Below are positions 18,789 through 28,887 of a stretch of DNA of 64,000 nucleotides, piece after piece. The stretch's first letter is position 1; every line of letters begins with the position of its first letter. The DNA comes from Acutalibacteraceae bacterium. GTDB lineage: Bacteria > Bacillota > Clostridia > Oscillospirales > Acutalibacteraceae. The notes beneath the pieces are model-generated. The model was given only the letters and a program-made list of their open reading frames with translations. It was not told the DNA's origin and searched no databases. A program made the translations under genes and the position numbers. Location of the stretch: the NCBI GenBank assembly GCA_045631105.1, contig JAZQTZ010000052.1, positions 532 to 64,531 of the forward strand. Reading direction: 5' to 3'.

Positions 18789-20045
18789 TTAGTTGTCCTT
18801 ACCCTTGATTATGTCGTTAATCATGATATAGAACTGATCATCCTCAAAACCGTTATCATTAGCCTTGGGAGCTTCTGCTTCGGGAGCTTCCTTAACTTCG
18901 TTTACTGCTGAACCGAAGTGGGGAATGCTGGGAGTGCCTGCAGGAGCTGCAGGGGCTGCAGGAGCTGCTGCCTTGGGTGCTGCTGCGGGTTCTGCAGGAG
19001 CTACGGGAGCTGCAGGAGCCTTATTTACTGCTGCAAAGAAAGGATTTGAGGGAGCTGCAGATGCTGCTGCGGGAGCAGTCTGCTGGGGCTTTGAATCAAA
19101 GCCTGTTGCGATAACTGTAATAACCATTTCATCGTCAAGGTCAGGATCAAATGCGATACCCCATGTGATATTTGCATCTTCATGAGCCTTAGCGGTGATG
19201 ATTTCTGCTGCATTTTCAACATCTTCGAGGTCAACGTCGTCAGAAGCTGTGATGCTGATAATAACGCCCTTTGCACCTGCGATTGATGTTTCGAGGAGAG
19301 GACTGGAAACGGCTGCATTTGCTGCTGTTTCTGCCTTGTCCTTGCCCTTTGCTCTGCCAACGCCCATGTGAGCATAGCCGGCATCCTTCATAACGCTTGT
19401 TACGTCAGCAAAGTCAAGGTTGATGAATCCGGGAACTTTGATGAGCTCGGAAATGCTCTTAACGCCCTGAAGAAGAACTTCGTCTGCCTCTGCAAAAGCT
19501 TCAGCGATAGTCTTCTTTCTGTCATCAATAGCACGAAGTCTGTCGTTGGGAATAACGATAAGGCTGTCAACATTCTCTGCAAGCTTTGCGATACCATCCT
19601 GAGCAAGGAGCATTCTTCTGCGACCTTCAAATTTGAAGGGCTTTGTTACAACGCCGATGGTAAGGCAGCCCATATCTTTTGCAACCTGAGCAATTACGGG
19701 AGCTGCACCTGTTCCTGTGCCGCCGCCCATACCGGTTGTGATGAATACCATATCTGTGCCCTTAAGAGCATCAGCGATGGAATCTTTGCTTTCTTCTGCG
19801 GCTTTTGCGCCGATTTCAGGCTTACCGCCTGCACCCTGACCGTGAGTTGATTTTTCACCAATCTGGATTTTGTGAGTAGCCTTGGAGTGAACAAGAACCT
19901 GCTTATCTGTGTTGACAGCGATGAATTCTGCACCGAGAACGCCTGAAGTTATCATTCTGTTAACTGCGTTACCGCCGCCGCCACCGACACCGATTACCTT
20001 TATCTGAACCGCACTCTCAAATTCGTTATCAATTTCAAATGCCAT
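18789..20045 (-). CDS. ftsZ: Cell division protein FtsZ
   Basis: [20 protein letters not shown] and INLDFADV motifs. Confidence 0.98.
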   Translation of the reverse strand: MAFEIDNEFESAVQIKVIGVGGGGGNAVNRMITSGVLGAEFIAVNTDKQVLVHSKATHKIQIGEKSTHGQGAGGKPEIGAKAAEESKDSIADALKGTDMVFITTGMGGGTGTGAAPVIAQVAKDMGCLTIGVVTKPFKFEGRRRMLLAQDGIAKLAENVDSLIVIPNDRLRAIDDRKKTIAEAFAEADEVLLQGVKSISELIKVPGFINLDFADVTSVMKDAGYAHMGVGRAKGKDKAETAANAAVSSPLLETSIAGAKGVIISITASDDVDLEDVENAAEIITAKAHEDANITWGIAFDPDLDDEMVITVIATGFDSKPQQTAPAAASAAPSNPFFAAVNKAPAAPVAPAEPAAAPKAAAPAAPAAPAGTPSIPHFGSAVNEVKEAPEAEAPKANDNGFEDDQFYIMINDIIKGKDN

Positions 20046-20184
20046 TTGGTATGACCCCCTATATTTTTATTTTTCCTTATAATACTGAATTATATTACCA
20101 TGTATTTGGTAAAAAAACAAGAATAATTTTTAAATTTAATGTTTTTTTTACATTTTATATATATATTTCTGATTATTTTGCTTT

Positions 20185-21150
20185 TTATTCCTCGTTTTCC
20201 TTGTTTTCCGAGGCATTTTTATCCTTGTTTTCTGCGTTTTCTTTCTCTGATTTTTTGGGTTTATGCTTTTCTATATATTCCATTATTTCGGGAATATCTT
20301 TCATATCGGAAGGATTGAAAACCGCCTCTGACACAACAGTCAGATTAACCGCACCGAACTGGAACGGATCAATATTATTTTCGCTGTTGATAACCTTGTT
20401 TCCGAGCGAAAGTTTTGAAGCAAGTTCGGAACTGTTGCCGAGTTTGAGAACGATTCTTTCCTGATAAATAAGATAGATATCATTTCTCTTGGAAACATTG
20501 ATAAGGTTTATATTCTTCGCTTCATTTTCTTTGAGTGCACCTGTGATTTCAAGAAGAAGCTTAAGACTTTCGTCAACAATCTCGCCTTTCTTTTCTCCAT
20601 CTTCAGGTGTTTCAAAAACAACAGTTTCGCCTATCTCCGCCTTATAGGGTACTGCTCCGATTATAAGCGTTATATCAGCAGGCTGTTCGCCCGTAACCTC
20701 AAGCACCTTGAGATTGCTGTCTGTCAGCGCATAAAGACCGTTTGTCATTCCGACGGCGAAAGCTTTTTCAGTTGAATCGCATCTTATGATTATTCCGTCT
20801 GGAAGTTTTTTTGTTATCTTTACATCGTGAGTATAAGGCAAGAGTTTTTCAATATTTTCCGCCGCTTCATCAAGATCTGCAAACAAAAGATTCTTTCCCT
20901 TAACAATACCGCTTGCCGAAATAATCTGTTCGGTGGTATATATACCTACGCCCTCAACGGTGAATGTCTTCACTCTGAAAAGAGTCAATATCAATACCGG
21001 GCTTATAATCAGGCTTATTGCCAGCAAAAATCCGATAACAACAATTGCTATGCGGAAATTTCTTTTTCTCTTATTCCTCTTTATTCTTATTGCTCTTTCT
21101 TCGGGCGTCAATCTCTGCGCCGGTACTCTCTGGTTATTTTCTGTGTTCAT
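20185..21150 (-). CDS. ftsQ: Cell division protein FtsQ/DivIB
   Basis: Basic N-terminus, single TM, POTRA-like segment, and position in the dcw cluster. Confidence 0.85.
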   Translation of the reverse strand: MNTENNQRVPAQRLTPEERAIRIKRNKRKRNFRIAIVVIGFLLAISLIISPVLILTLFRVKTFTVEGVGIYTTEQIISASGIVKGKNLLFADLDEAAENIEKLLPYTHDVKITKKLPDGIIIRCDSTEKAFAVGMTNGLYALTDSNLKVLEVTGEQPADITLIIGAVPYKAEIGETVVFETPEDGEKKGEIVDESLKLLLEITGALKENEAKNINLINVSKRNDIYLIYQERIVLKLGNSSELASKLSLGNKVINSENNIDPFQFGAVNLTVVSEAVFNPSDMKDIPEIMEYIEKHKPKKSEKENAENKDKNASENKENEE

Positions 21151-21166
21151 TGTTATCCCGCCATTT

Positions 21167-22420
21167 TCATTCTCTTTTTATTTCTGCACCAATCAGGGAA
21201 AGACTTGTTTCAAAAGCCTCGCATCCCCTGTCAACATGATGAATTTCATCCACAAATGTTTTTCCTTCCGCTCCGAGAGCGGCAACAATCAAGGCGCATC
21301 CTCCGCGCAAATCGCTCGATGAAACATCGGCGGCACAAAGTTTTTCAACACCCTCAACAACAGCTATCCTGCCGTCCTCAACCCTTATATCCGCACCCAT
21401 TTTTATAAGTTCGGGTACGTGTCTGAATCTGTTTTCAAATATTTTTTCGCTTATAATGCTTGTTCCGTTTGCTTTGGTAAGCATTGCCATTATTATTGCC
21501 TGCGAATCCGTCGGAAATCCCGGATACGGCATTGTTCCGAGAGATTTGACTCTCGAAAGTCTTTCGGGAGCTTTTATTATAAGTTCGCTTTTTTTGACGG
21601 ATATTTCGCACCCTGCCGTTTCAAAAACAGGGATAACAGGAACAAGATGATCTCTGCACACGCCGTTGACGGACACTTTTCCGCCTGCCGATGCAACACA
21701 AGCCATAAAAGTTGAAGCAACAATTCTGTCAGGGATAATCGTATGCTCCGTTGAATGCAGCTTTTTGCACGGTTTTATCCTTATAACGCTCTGCCCTGCT
21801 CCGTAAATTTCCGCACCGCATGATTTCAGAAACTCTGCAAGGTCAATGATTTCGGGTTCTCTTGCAGCATTTGTAATTACCATTTCGCCTTTTGCACCCA
21901 TTGATGCAAGCATAATATTTTCCGTTGCGCCTACGCTCGGAAATGCAAGAGTAATATTTTCACTCCGAAGATTATCCGTTGCGCATTCAAGCAAACCGCC
22001 TGTCTCATTAATAAAAACATTCATTTTTCTCAAGGCGGAAAGGTGCAGATCTATTGGACGGAGTCCTATTTCGCATCCTCCTGGTGAGGAAACACAGGCG
22101 GCTCCGAATCTTGCAAGCAATGCACCGAGAAAAACAATCGACGAGCGCATTTCACGCATGAGCTTTCCGGGAATATAAAATCGGTTCGCGCCCGTTGCAT
22201 CAACAATAACAGTATGCCCCTCACGTTTTGTTTTGCATCCGATATATTCAAGTATTTTCAACGCCGCCGACACATCGGTGATATCGGGGCAGTTATGTAT
22301 AACGCTTATTCCGTCAACAATAACGCAAGCGGAAAGAATAGGCAAAGCGCTGTTTTTTGAACCTTGCAAGTCAACTTTTCCGCTGAGTTTTCTTCCGCCG
22401 TTTATAATCAATTTTTCCAT
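21167..22420 (-). CDS. murA: UDP-N-acetylglucosamine 1-carboxyvinyltransferase
   Basis: GSKNSALP, PGGCEIGLRPIDLH, PYPGFPTD and DLRGG motifs. A SigE-like promoter (TCACGTT-N14-AATAAAAT) lies just upstream. Confidence 0.95.
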   Translation of the reverse strand: MEKLIINGGRKLSGKVDLQGSKNSALPILSACVIVDGISVIHNCPDITDVSAALKILEYIGCKTKREGHTVIVDATGANRFYIPGKLMREMRSSIVFLGALLARFGAACVSSPGGCEIGLRPIDLHLSALRKMNVFINETGGLLECATDNLRSENITLAFPSVGATENIMLASMGAKGEMVITNAAREPEIIDLAEFLKSCGAEIYGAGQSVIRIKPCKKLHSTEHTIIPDRIVASTFMACVASAGGKVSVNGVCRDHLVPVIPVFETAGCEISVKKSELIIKAPERLSRVKSLGTMPYPGFPTDSQAIIMAMLTKANGTSIISEKIFENRFRHVPELIKMGADIRVEDGRIAVVEGVEKLCAADVSSSDLRGGCALIVAALGAEGKTFVDEIHHVDRGCEAFETSLSLIGAEIKRE

Positions 22421-22474
22421 TGCCCACACTCCTTGCTATGTCTACATTTTATTCAAGGAATGTGAGAAACGTGA

Positions 22475-23602
22475 TTATTTTACTATTTCGCAGAGAGTGT
22501 CATATATTCTTGCCGTTGCATCAATAACAGCCATATCTCTTGCGCACTTGCCGATTTTTTCAAGCTTTGTTCTGTTTCCGATGAGTTCATTCACCTTTGC
22601 GGTGATTGATTCTGCATTAAGGTCTTTTTCTTCAAGAATAACCGCCGCACCGTTTTCAACGAGAGCCATCGCGTTGTGATACTGGTGATTTTCGGTTACA
22701 TAAGGTGAAGGAATAAGAATCGAAGGTTTGCCGAGCGCCTGAAGTTCACTCAAGGTGCTTGCACCCGAGCGGCCGATAACAAGGTCTGCTGCAGGAAGGC
22801 ACTTCGGAATATCGATATATTCAACAATTCTGATATGAGGATTAGCCGCAAGGTCAACACCTTTTTCAACAAGACCACGCTTGAAATCCTCGCTGTTTTT
22901 GCCCGTTGCATGGAGAAATACGCAATCGTTATCCTTATACTTATTGAGAATAAGACTCATAACCGCATCATTAACGGGTTTTGCGCCGAGACTGCCTCCC
23001 ATTGAAAGAATGAGAGGTTTATCATCGGTAAGACCGAGCTCTGCACGGGCAAAATCTCTGTCGCCCTTAAGGATATCGCCTCTTATGGGAAGACCTGTAA
23101 GAACACAGGGATTTTTTGATTTTATATATTTTTCAGCCTGAACAGCGGTAAGCATAACTCTGTCAACCTTACCTGCAAGAGCTTTGTTTGTCACTCCGGG
23201 GAAGGCATTTTGTTCATGAACAGCAGTAGGAATTCCCATTTTTGCCGCCATGCGCAGAACAGGTCCGCTGACATATCCTCCAAAACCGATTACAAGGTCA
23301 GGCTTGAAATCTTTTATGATTTTCTTTGCCTGCGATGAGGATTTGAGCAGCTTCAGAAGAGTTCCGATATTATGCTTTATTGCTGTGAAAGAAAAGCTGC
23401 GCCAGAAGCCGCTGATTTCAATTGTGCGAAGCTCATATCCCGCTTCGGGAACAAGCCTTGCTTCCATTTTATCTGCAGTTCCGACAAAAACTATTTCTGC
23501 CGAAGGATTTTTTTCTTTTATGTAACCCGCAGTACCGAGAGCAGGATTTATATGACCTCCGGTACCGCCTGTTGCGATAAGAATTCTTTTATTATCAAAC
23601 AT
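22475..23602 (-). CDS. murG: MurG glycosyltransferase
   Basis: GGTGGHINP, HEQN, GGSLGA and HQYHNA motifs. Confidence 0.97.
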   Translation of the reverse strand: MFDNKRILIATGGTGGHINPALGTAGYIKEKNPSAEIVFVGTADKMEARLVPEAGYELRTIEISGFWRSFSFTAIKHNIGTLLKLLKSSSQAKKIIKDFKPDLVIGFGGYVSGPVLRMAAKMGIPTAVHEQNAFPGVTNKALAGKVDRVMLTAVQAEKYIKSKNPCVLTGLPIRGDILKGDRDFARAELGLTDDKPLILSMGGSLGAKPVNDAVMSLILNKYKDNDCVFLHATGKNSEDFKRGLVEKGVDLAANPHIRIVEYIDIPKCLPAADLVIGRSGASTLSELQALGKPSILIPSPYVTENHQYHNAMALVENGAAVILEEKDLNAESITAKVNELIGNRTKLEKIGKCARDMAVIDATARIYDTLCEIVK

Positions 23603-24861
23603 TATTTTGTCTTCCTTTCGCTGTTTCTTGAAACTGCAAGCACCATACCCATTTCGATGAGAAGCATAACAAGAGATGTTCCGCCGTAGCTGAAAAACGG
23701 GAGGCTTATGCCTGTGTTGGGAACGGTGGAAGTAACAACCGCTATATTAAGAGCCGCCTGCAAACCAACCTGAAAGCTTATTCCCATTGCAAGCATTGCT
23801 TCAAATCTGCTTCTTGCACGAAGACCTATTATAAAACCTCTTCCAACAAGAAGAATGAAAAGAAGGATTATAAGAATTGCTCTTAAAAATCCGAGTTCTT
23901 CGCATACAACCGCAAAAACAAAGTCATTCTGAGGTTCGGGGATATACATATGCTTCTGTTTTGAATTTCCGAAACCGAGACCGAAAAGTCCGCCCGAACC
24001 GATGGCATAAAGCGACTGAAGGCTCTGCCATCCCGAGCCTGACATTTCATCTTTTGTCAGTTCTTCTCCCGTGAGAAGCTTGAGCCATATACCGATTCTT
24101 GCACTCGCATAACCTTCAAGAAATTTATCGGCATTAAGAACAAACCATATTCCCACGATAAGAACAAGTGCACCGATTCCGGCATAGAAATACCAGGGTA
24201 TTTTCACTCCGCCGAAATACATTGTTGCAATTCCGATTCCGAAAGTAAGCAAAGTTCCCGAAACGTGGTTTTCTTTATAGATGAGAATACATACAAGACC
24301 GATAATCAGGATATAAGGAGCCATCATCCACGCAGTTTTTTCAACGAGTTTATGATATCTTTCCATGCTGAATGCAATAAACATCACTATTGCAAGCTTT
24401 GCTATTTCCGATGGCTGAAACGTTCCGACAATCGGCACGGCAATCCAGCGTTTAAACTGTTCTTTTCCGGGAATAACCGCAGGATTGATGAGAACATAAA
24501 TAAGCAAAGCCAATGAAACAAGAAAAATAAATGTTGAAGCACCTCTGAAAACATCGGTGTTTATGCGTGAAACAACAAGCATCAGCGTAAGCCCCAATGC
24601 GGCGTACAAGAGCTGATTTTTTACATAAAAATACGGATCAAACTTTGCGTCTGCATCATACCACGCATTGACGTAGCTTGCCGAAAACATCATGATTATG
24701 CCTATTGTAAGAATCGTGATAACAAGGGCTAAAAATGTTATATCCATCGGACCTTTTGAAAACAAATCTTTTATTTTCTTTTTGCCCGAAAAAATATCTC
24801 TCAGGATGTAAAATATTCCGAAATGAGCCAGAATCTCATTTTTGAGATTTACTTTATCCAA
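23602..24861 (-). CDS. ftsW: SEDS family peptidoglycan polymerase FtsW/SpoVE
   Basis: FQPSEIAK, IGSGGLFG, PEPQNDF and LPFFSYGGTS motifs. Confidence 0.93.
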   Translation of the reverse strand: MDKVNLKNEILAHFGIFYILRDIFSGKKKIKDLFSKGPMDITFLALVITILTIGIIMMFSASYVNAWYDADAKFDPYFYVKNQLLYAALGLTLMLVVSRINTDVFRGASTFIFLVSLALLIYVLINPAVIPGKEQFKRWIAVPIVGTFQPSEIAKLAIVMFIAFSMERYHKLVEKTAWMMAPYILIIGLVCILIYKENHVSGTLLTFGIGIATMYFGGVKIPWYFYAGIGALVLIVGIWFVLNADKFLEGYASARIGIWLKLLTGEELTKDEMSGSGWQSLQSLYAIGSGGLFGLGFGNSKQKHMYIPEPQNDFVFAVVCEELGFLRAILIILLFILLVGRGFIIGLRARSRFEAMLAMGISFQVGLQAALNIAVVTSTVPNTGISLPFFSYGGTSLVMLLIEMGMVLAVSRNSERKTK

Positions 24862-24879
24862 AATTCCCTCTCCTCTCTA

Positions 24880-25039
24880 TAAAGTGGCAGAAGTAATCCG
24901 AACCATGTTTTTATCGGATGATTTCCGCCTTTTCTTTGTTAAAATACTCGCAAATCCTGATGCCTTTCAATCCCGAAACGCCGAAAAGCGTTGAAAAGAC
25001 TTGCTTTCAGGCATAGTTTGGATTGCTCACGTCACTCTA
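24880..25039 (-). mobile_element. Degenerate, internally deleted copy of the MITE at 62072-62349
   Basis: The reverse complement shares GAAAGC.AG.CTTTTCA.CGCTTTTCGG.GTTTCG, GAAAGGC.TCAG and GGATTTGCGAGTATTTTAAC with the 62-kb element. Imperfect 24-bp terminal inverted repeats. Confidence 0.75.
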
Positions 25040-26060
25040 ATAATACATATCCTCCGAAACACATAACAGCAACTGCGACAACTCCTCCGATAATATTGAC
25101 CGCAGTAAAGATCAAGGTTATTTTATTATCGCTCCAACCGCAGCATCCGAGATGATGCTGTAAAGGTGCGCTTTTTCTGAAAAGGTTCTTGCCTGTCTTT
25201 TTGTGGTAAGCAACCCTTATGAAATCCGATGAACCGATAACAAAATACGAAACGCCCGACAAAATCAATATAAGCGGACATCCCGTTGCATATGAAATCG
25301 CAACAAGCATTCCTGCGAGAAACATTGTTCCCGTTTTTCCCTCGAGGATTTTTGCGGGATGCTTGTTCCATAAAAGAAATCCGACGCATGAACCTGCAAG
25401 CGCCGCAGACATCGCGGAAAAGCCGAAAAGACCTTTGAAGGCGGCAACCACGCCGAGCGAAACCGCCGCCGTAAAGGTCATGCTGCCGCATAATCCGTCA
25501 ACCCCATCCGTTATATTGACGGCATTAACCGCGGCATAAATCAGTAAGAATCCGATAATCCAGTAAAAAAATCCCGGTTCAACATTTCCGTAAAACGGAA
25601 CAAACATATAGGGCATACCGTTCATCCCCATATAAAGCCCCGTAAGATATGCAAGAATCACGAAAAACTGCATAACCGTTTTCTGCTTTACGGTGAGACC
25701 GATGTTCCTGCTTGTTTTGATTTTATAATAATCATCCGTTAAACCGATAAGAGCAAAAGACAGCGCCATGAAAAGTCCGCTCCAGAATTTTGTGTGCATT
25801 TCACGAGCAATAAGACTTCCCGATGAAACAATGTCACCGCCCGATAATTTATCAGTTGCAACCGCAATAACAACAGCCGATACCGTTCCGATTGCAAGCA
25901 ATATTCCGCCCATTAACGGAGCGGGTTGTTTTTTCTCAAATGCAGGGTATGACCTTCCGAATTCAATCTTTCCGAGCCACGGCACAAGACTGAAACCCAT
26001 TATGAAAGTTACGGCAATACCTGCTATGCCCGAAACGGCAATTATTGCGAGAGGACTCAT
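25032..26060 (-). CDS. mraY: MraY-like phospho-MurNAc-pentapeptide transferase with substituted catalytic motifs
   Basis: dcw position after murF, with P.MGG, GLTDDY.K and NAVNITDGVDGL motifs. FMGD is replaced by LEGK and HHH by QHH. Confidence 0.85.
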   Translation of the reverse strand: MSPLAIIAVSGIAGIAVTFIMGFSLVPWLGKIEFGRSYPAFEKKQPAPLMGGILLAIGTVSAVVIAVATDKLSGGDIVSSGSLIAREMHTKFWSGLFMALSFALIGLTDDYYKIKTSRNIGLTVKQKTVMQFFVILAYLTGLYMGMNGMPYMFVPFYGNVEPGFFYWIIGFLLIYAAVNAVNITDGVDGLCGSMTFTAAVSLGVVAAFKGLFGFSAMSAALAGSCVGFLLWNKHPAKILEGKTGTMFLAGMLVAISYATGCPLILILSGVSYFVIGSSDFIRVAYHKKTGKNLFRKSAPLQHHLGCCGWSDNKITLIFTAVNIIGGVVAVAVMCFGGYVLLE

Positions 26061-27418
26061 TTGTCGAGAGCCTCATACACGGCAAAAATAACATCTTCGA
26101 GCTTCATTCCTCTGCTCGCTTTAAAGAGAACTGCATCGCCTTCTCTGAGATATGAGATAAGCTCATCCGAAAGCTTTTTCTTATCATCAAAACTCTTTAC
26201 GCAGGGAACATTTCCGTCGGCCGCACCCTTTGCAGTCTGCAATGAGCGTTCACCGTAAGTAAACACGGCGTCAACACCGTTTTCAGCAGCTTTTTCGCCG
26301 ACACCGTAATGTGCGGATTCGCTGACTTCACCGAGTTCAAGCATATCTCCGATAACAGCGATTTTTCTCTTTGCATTCATGCTTCCGAGAACAGCAAGAG
26401 CCGCCGCCTGCGAATCGGGACTTGCATTATAACAGTCTTCGATAAAAGTCATTCCGCCTTTTTTATTGATTCTCTGGCGCATACCTGCAGGCACATAATT
26501 TTTCAATGCTTCAAAACCTTCAAGAGGTTCTATACCGAAAAACGAACCTGCAGCAACCGCTGCAAGAGCATTGTAAACATTGTGACGGCCCGGGAAAGGC
26601 AGGCTCACCCTGCCCGAACCGCCATTGTTGAAACCGACAGTCAACTCGGTCTCATCTTCTTTGGAGGTTATTTCAATTGCCTTAAACATTGATTTTTCGT
26701 TATTGATACCGTAATAAGTCACTGGGTGCGTATCCTGACATACGGTGATAAGCATATCGTCATCGGCATTGAGAATAAGCGGAGCATCAGCTTTCATTCC
26801 ATGAAGAATTTCAAGCTTTGCTTTTAATATTCCTTCTCTTGAGCCGAGCTTTTCAATATGCGAAACTCCGATATTACTTATTATCGCAATATCGGGTTTT
26901 ACGGCTTTGGTCATTCTTGAAATTTCCTCAAAGCCGCTCATTCCCATTTCGATAACCGCCGCCTCGTGGCTCTTTTCAAGCCTGAAAAGAGTAAGAGGAA
27001 CGCCGATTTCGTTATTGAGATTGCCCTCGTTTTTGAGAGTGTTATATTTTGAGGACATAACCGCATGGGTCATTTCCTTTGTTGTTGTTTTTCCCACACT
27101 TCCCGTTATACCGATAACAGGAATATTGAAAAGGCTTCTGTAATATCCTGCAAGGTCAAGAAGCGCCTGACGGGTGCTTTCAACAAGAATCTGATTTTCT
27201 CCGAGACCGCAGTCTTTTTCGCAGACAACAGCCTTTGCACCGCTTTCAATCGCTTTTGCGGCAAAATCATGGCCGTCAAAGTTTTCACCCTTAATGGCAA
27301 TAAAAAGACTGCCCTCGGTTATTTTTCTTGTGTCGGTGCATACGCAGTCAAATTTTCCCTCAAGATTTGTTGAGGAACTGACTGCCGCCGCAGCCTCTTT
27401 GAATGTTAAGGGTAACAT
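26057..27418 (-). CDS. murF: UDP-MurNAc-tripeptide-D-Ala-D-Ala ligase
   Basis: GITGSVGKTTTKE, NLNNEIGVP, DCYNASPDS and KASRGM motifs. Confidence 0.97.
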   Translation of the reverse strand: MLPLTFKEAAAAVSSSTNLEGKFDCVCTDTRKITEGSLFIAIKGENFDGHDFAAKAIESGAKAVVCEKDCGLGENQILVESTRQALLDLAGYYRSLFNIPVIGITGSVGKTTTKEMTHAVMSSKYNTLKNEGNLNNEIGVPLTLFRLEKSHEAAVIEMGMSGFEEISRMTKAVKPDIAIISNIGVSHIEKLGSREGILKAKLEILHGMKADAPLILNADDDMLITVCQDTHPVTYYGINNEKSMFKAIEITSKEDETELTVGFNNGGSGRVSLPFPGRHNVYNALAAVAAGSFFGIEPLEGFEALKNYVPAGMRQRINKKGGMTFIEDCYNASPDSQAAALAVLGSMNAKRKIAVIGDMLELGEVSESAHYGVGEKAAENGVDAVFTYGERSLQTAKGAADGNVPCVKSFDDKKKLSDELISYLREGDAVLFKASRGMKLEDVIFAVYEALDK

Positions 27419-27431
27419 TTACTCACGCCTT

Positions 27432-28859
27432 TCAGGAAAGAATCTGAGCAACTACTTCTCGCTCATCAAAATGAATTTTTCCGCTTGCAAGAATCTGATA
27501 AGTTTCCTGACCCTTGCCTGCAAGCACAACGACATCGCCTGCATTAGCCGCATCAAGCGCCTTTTTGATTGCATCCTTGCGGTCGCTGTCAACAATAACT
27601 TTTGCACCGCCTTTGCCGATGCCTGCCGTTATATCTTTGATAATTGTTTCAGGGTCTTCGCTTCTGGGATTATCGGACGTTATAACAACAACATCCGAAA
27701 GTCTTACGGCAATTTCTCCCATAATGGGACGCTTTGTTTTATCTCTGTCACCGCCGCAACCGAAAAGGCAGATAACCTTTCCTTCGGTTATTTCACGGAC
27801 ACAGTTAAGAACATTTTCAAGTCCGTCGGGGGTGTGAGCATAGTCGATAAGAATTGTGTAAGGTACATCGGCAGGAACAACTTCCATTCTGCCCGGCACG
27901 CCGGTGCAAAGCGTAAGCGCATCAAGAACAGCTCTGAAATCCATGCCCATTTCTATAAGGCAGACCGCCGCACCCATCGAGTTATAAACCGAAAACTTAC
28001 CGGGAACCGCAAACTTGACTCTGCCGATGTTTTCGTTGCATACAAGCTCATATTTAACGCCCGATGAAGCTATGCGGATATTCTTTGCGGAATAATCGCA
28101 TTTGTCGTTATTAACAGAGAATGTAACTTTTCTGCAATCAAGACCGTCGGTCATAAATGCCGCGCTTTCATCGTCGATATTCATAACCGCAAGCGATGAA
28201 TTCTCAAAAAGCTTGCGTTTTGCAGCCATATAATTTTCAAAACTGCCGTGATAATCAAGATGGTCCTGAGTAAGATTTGTGAATATTGCAGCTTCGAAAT
28301 GAATGCCGTCAACTCTGTGCTGATCAAGCGCCTGAGAAGAAACCTCCATTACGCAGTATTCGCACTCTGCTTTCACCATTTCATCAAAAAGTCCGAAAAG
28401 CTCATAGCAATCGGGTGTTGTCAAAGCAGCAGGATATTCTTTATCGCCGACGATATTTTTAACCGTACCGATAAGACCTGTCTTGTGACCCATACCGTCA
28501 AGAATCGATTTGAGAATAAAGCACGATGTTGTTTTTCCGTTTGTGCCCGTAACACCGATTATCTTAAGCTTTCTCTCGGGATGACCGTAAAAAGCCGCGC
28601 AGATATAAGCATAAGCGCTTCTTGTGTTTTCAACAAGAATCTGTCTTTCAAGCCCGAGGTCTTTCTGAACAACAACTGCCGCCGCACCCTTTTCAAGTGC
28701 TTCCGCCGCTTTTGTGTGTCCGTCAAAATGTTTTCCCTCGATGCAAATAAAAATGCAGCCTTCGCTTACCTTTGCTGAATTATCGGTTATAAATGTAACC
28801 TCTCTCTCCCCGAAGCTTATGCTTTTCCCCAATTCCGCTGCAATCAAATCAAGCTTCAT
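27432..28859 (-). CDS. murE: UDP-MurNAc-dipeptide-meso-DAP ligase
   Basis: GVTGTNGKTT, TNLTQDHLDYH, DYAHTPD and DNPR (DAP-type) motifs. Confidence 0.97.
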   Translation of the reverse strand: MKLDLIAAELGKSISFGEREVTFITDNSAKVSEGCIFICIEGKHFDGHTKAAEALEKGAAAVVVQKDLGLERQILVENTRSAYAYICAAFYGHPERKLKIIGVTGTNGKTTSCFILKSILDGMGHKTGLIGTVKNIVGDKEYPAALTTPDCYELFGLFDEMVKAECEYCVMEVSSQALDQHRVDGIHFEAAIFTNLTQDHLDYHGSFENYMAAKRKLFENSSLAVMNIDDESAAFMTDGLDCRKVTFSVNNDKCDYSAKNIRIASSGVKYELVCNENIGRVKFAVPGKFSVYNSMGAAVCLIEMGMDFRAVLDALTLCTGVPGRMEVVPADVPYTILIDYAHTPDGLENVLNCVREITEGKVICLFGCGGDRDKTKRPIMGEIAVRLSDVVVITSDNPRSEDPETIIKDITAGIGKGGAKVIVDSDRKDAIKKALDAANAGDVVVLAGKGQETYQILASGKIHFDEREVVAQILS

Positions 28860-28887
28860 CTTCTGTCCTCCTTGTTGCAGGATTCTG

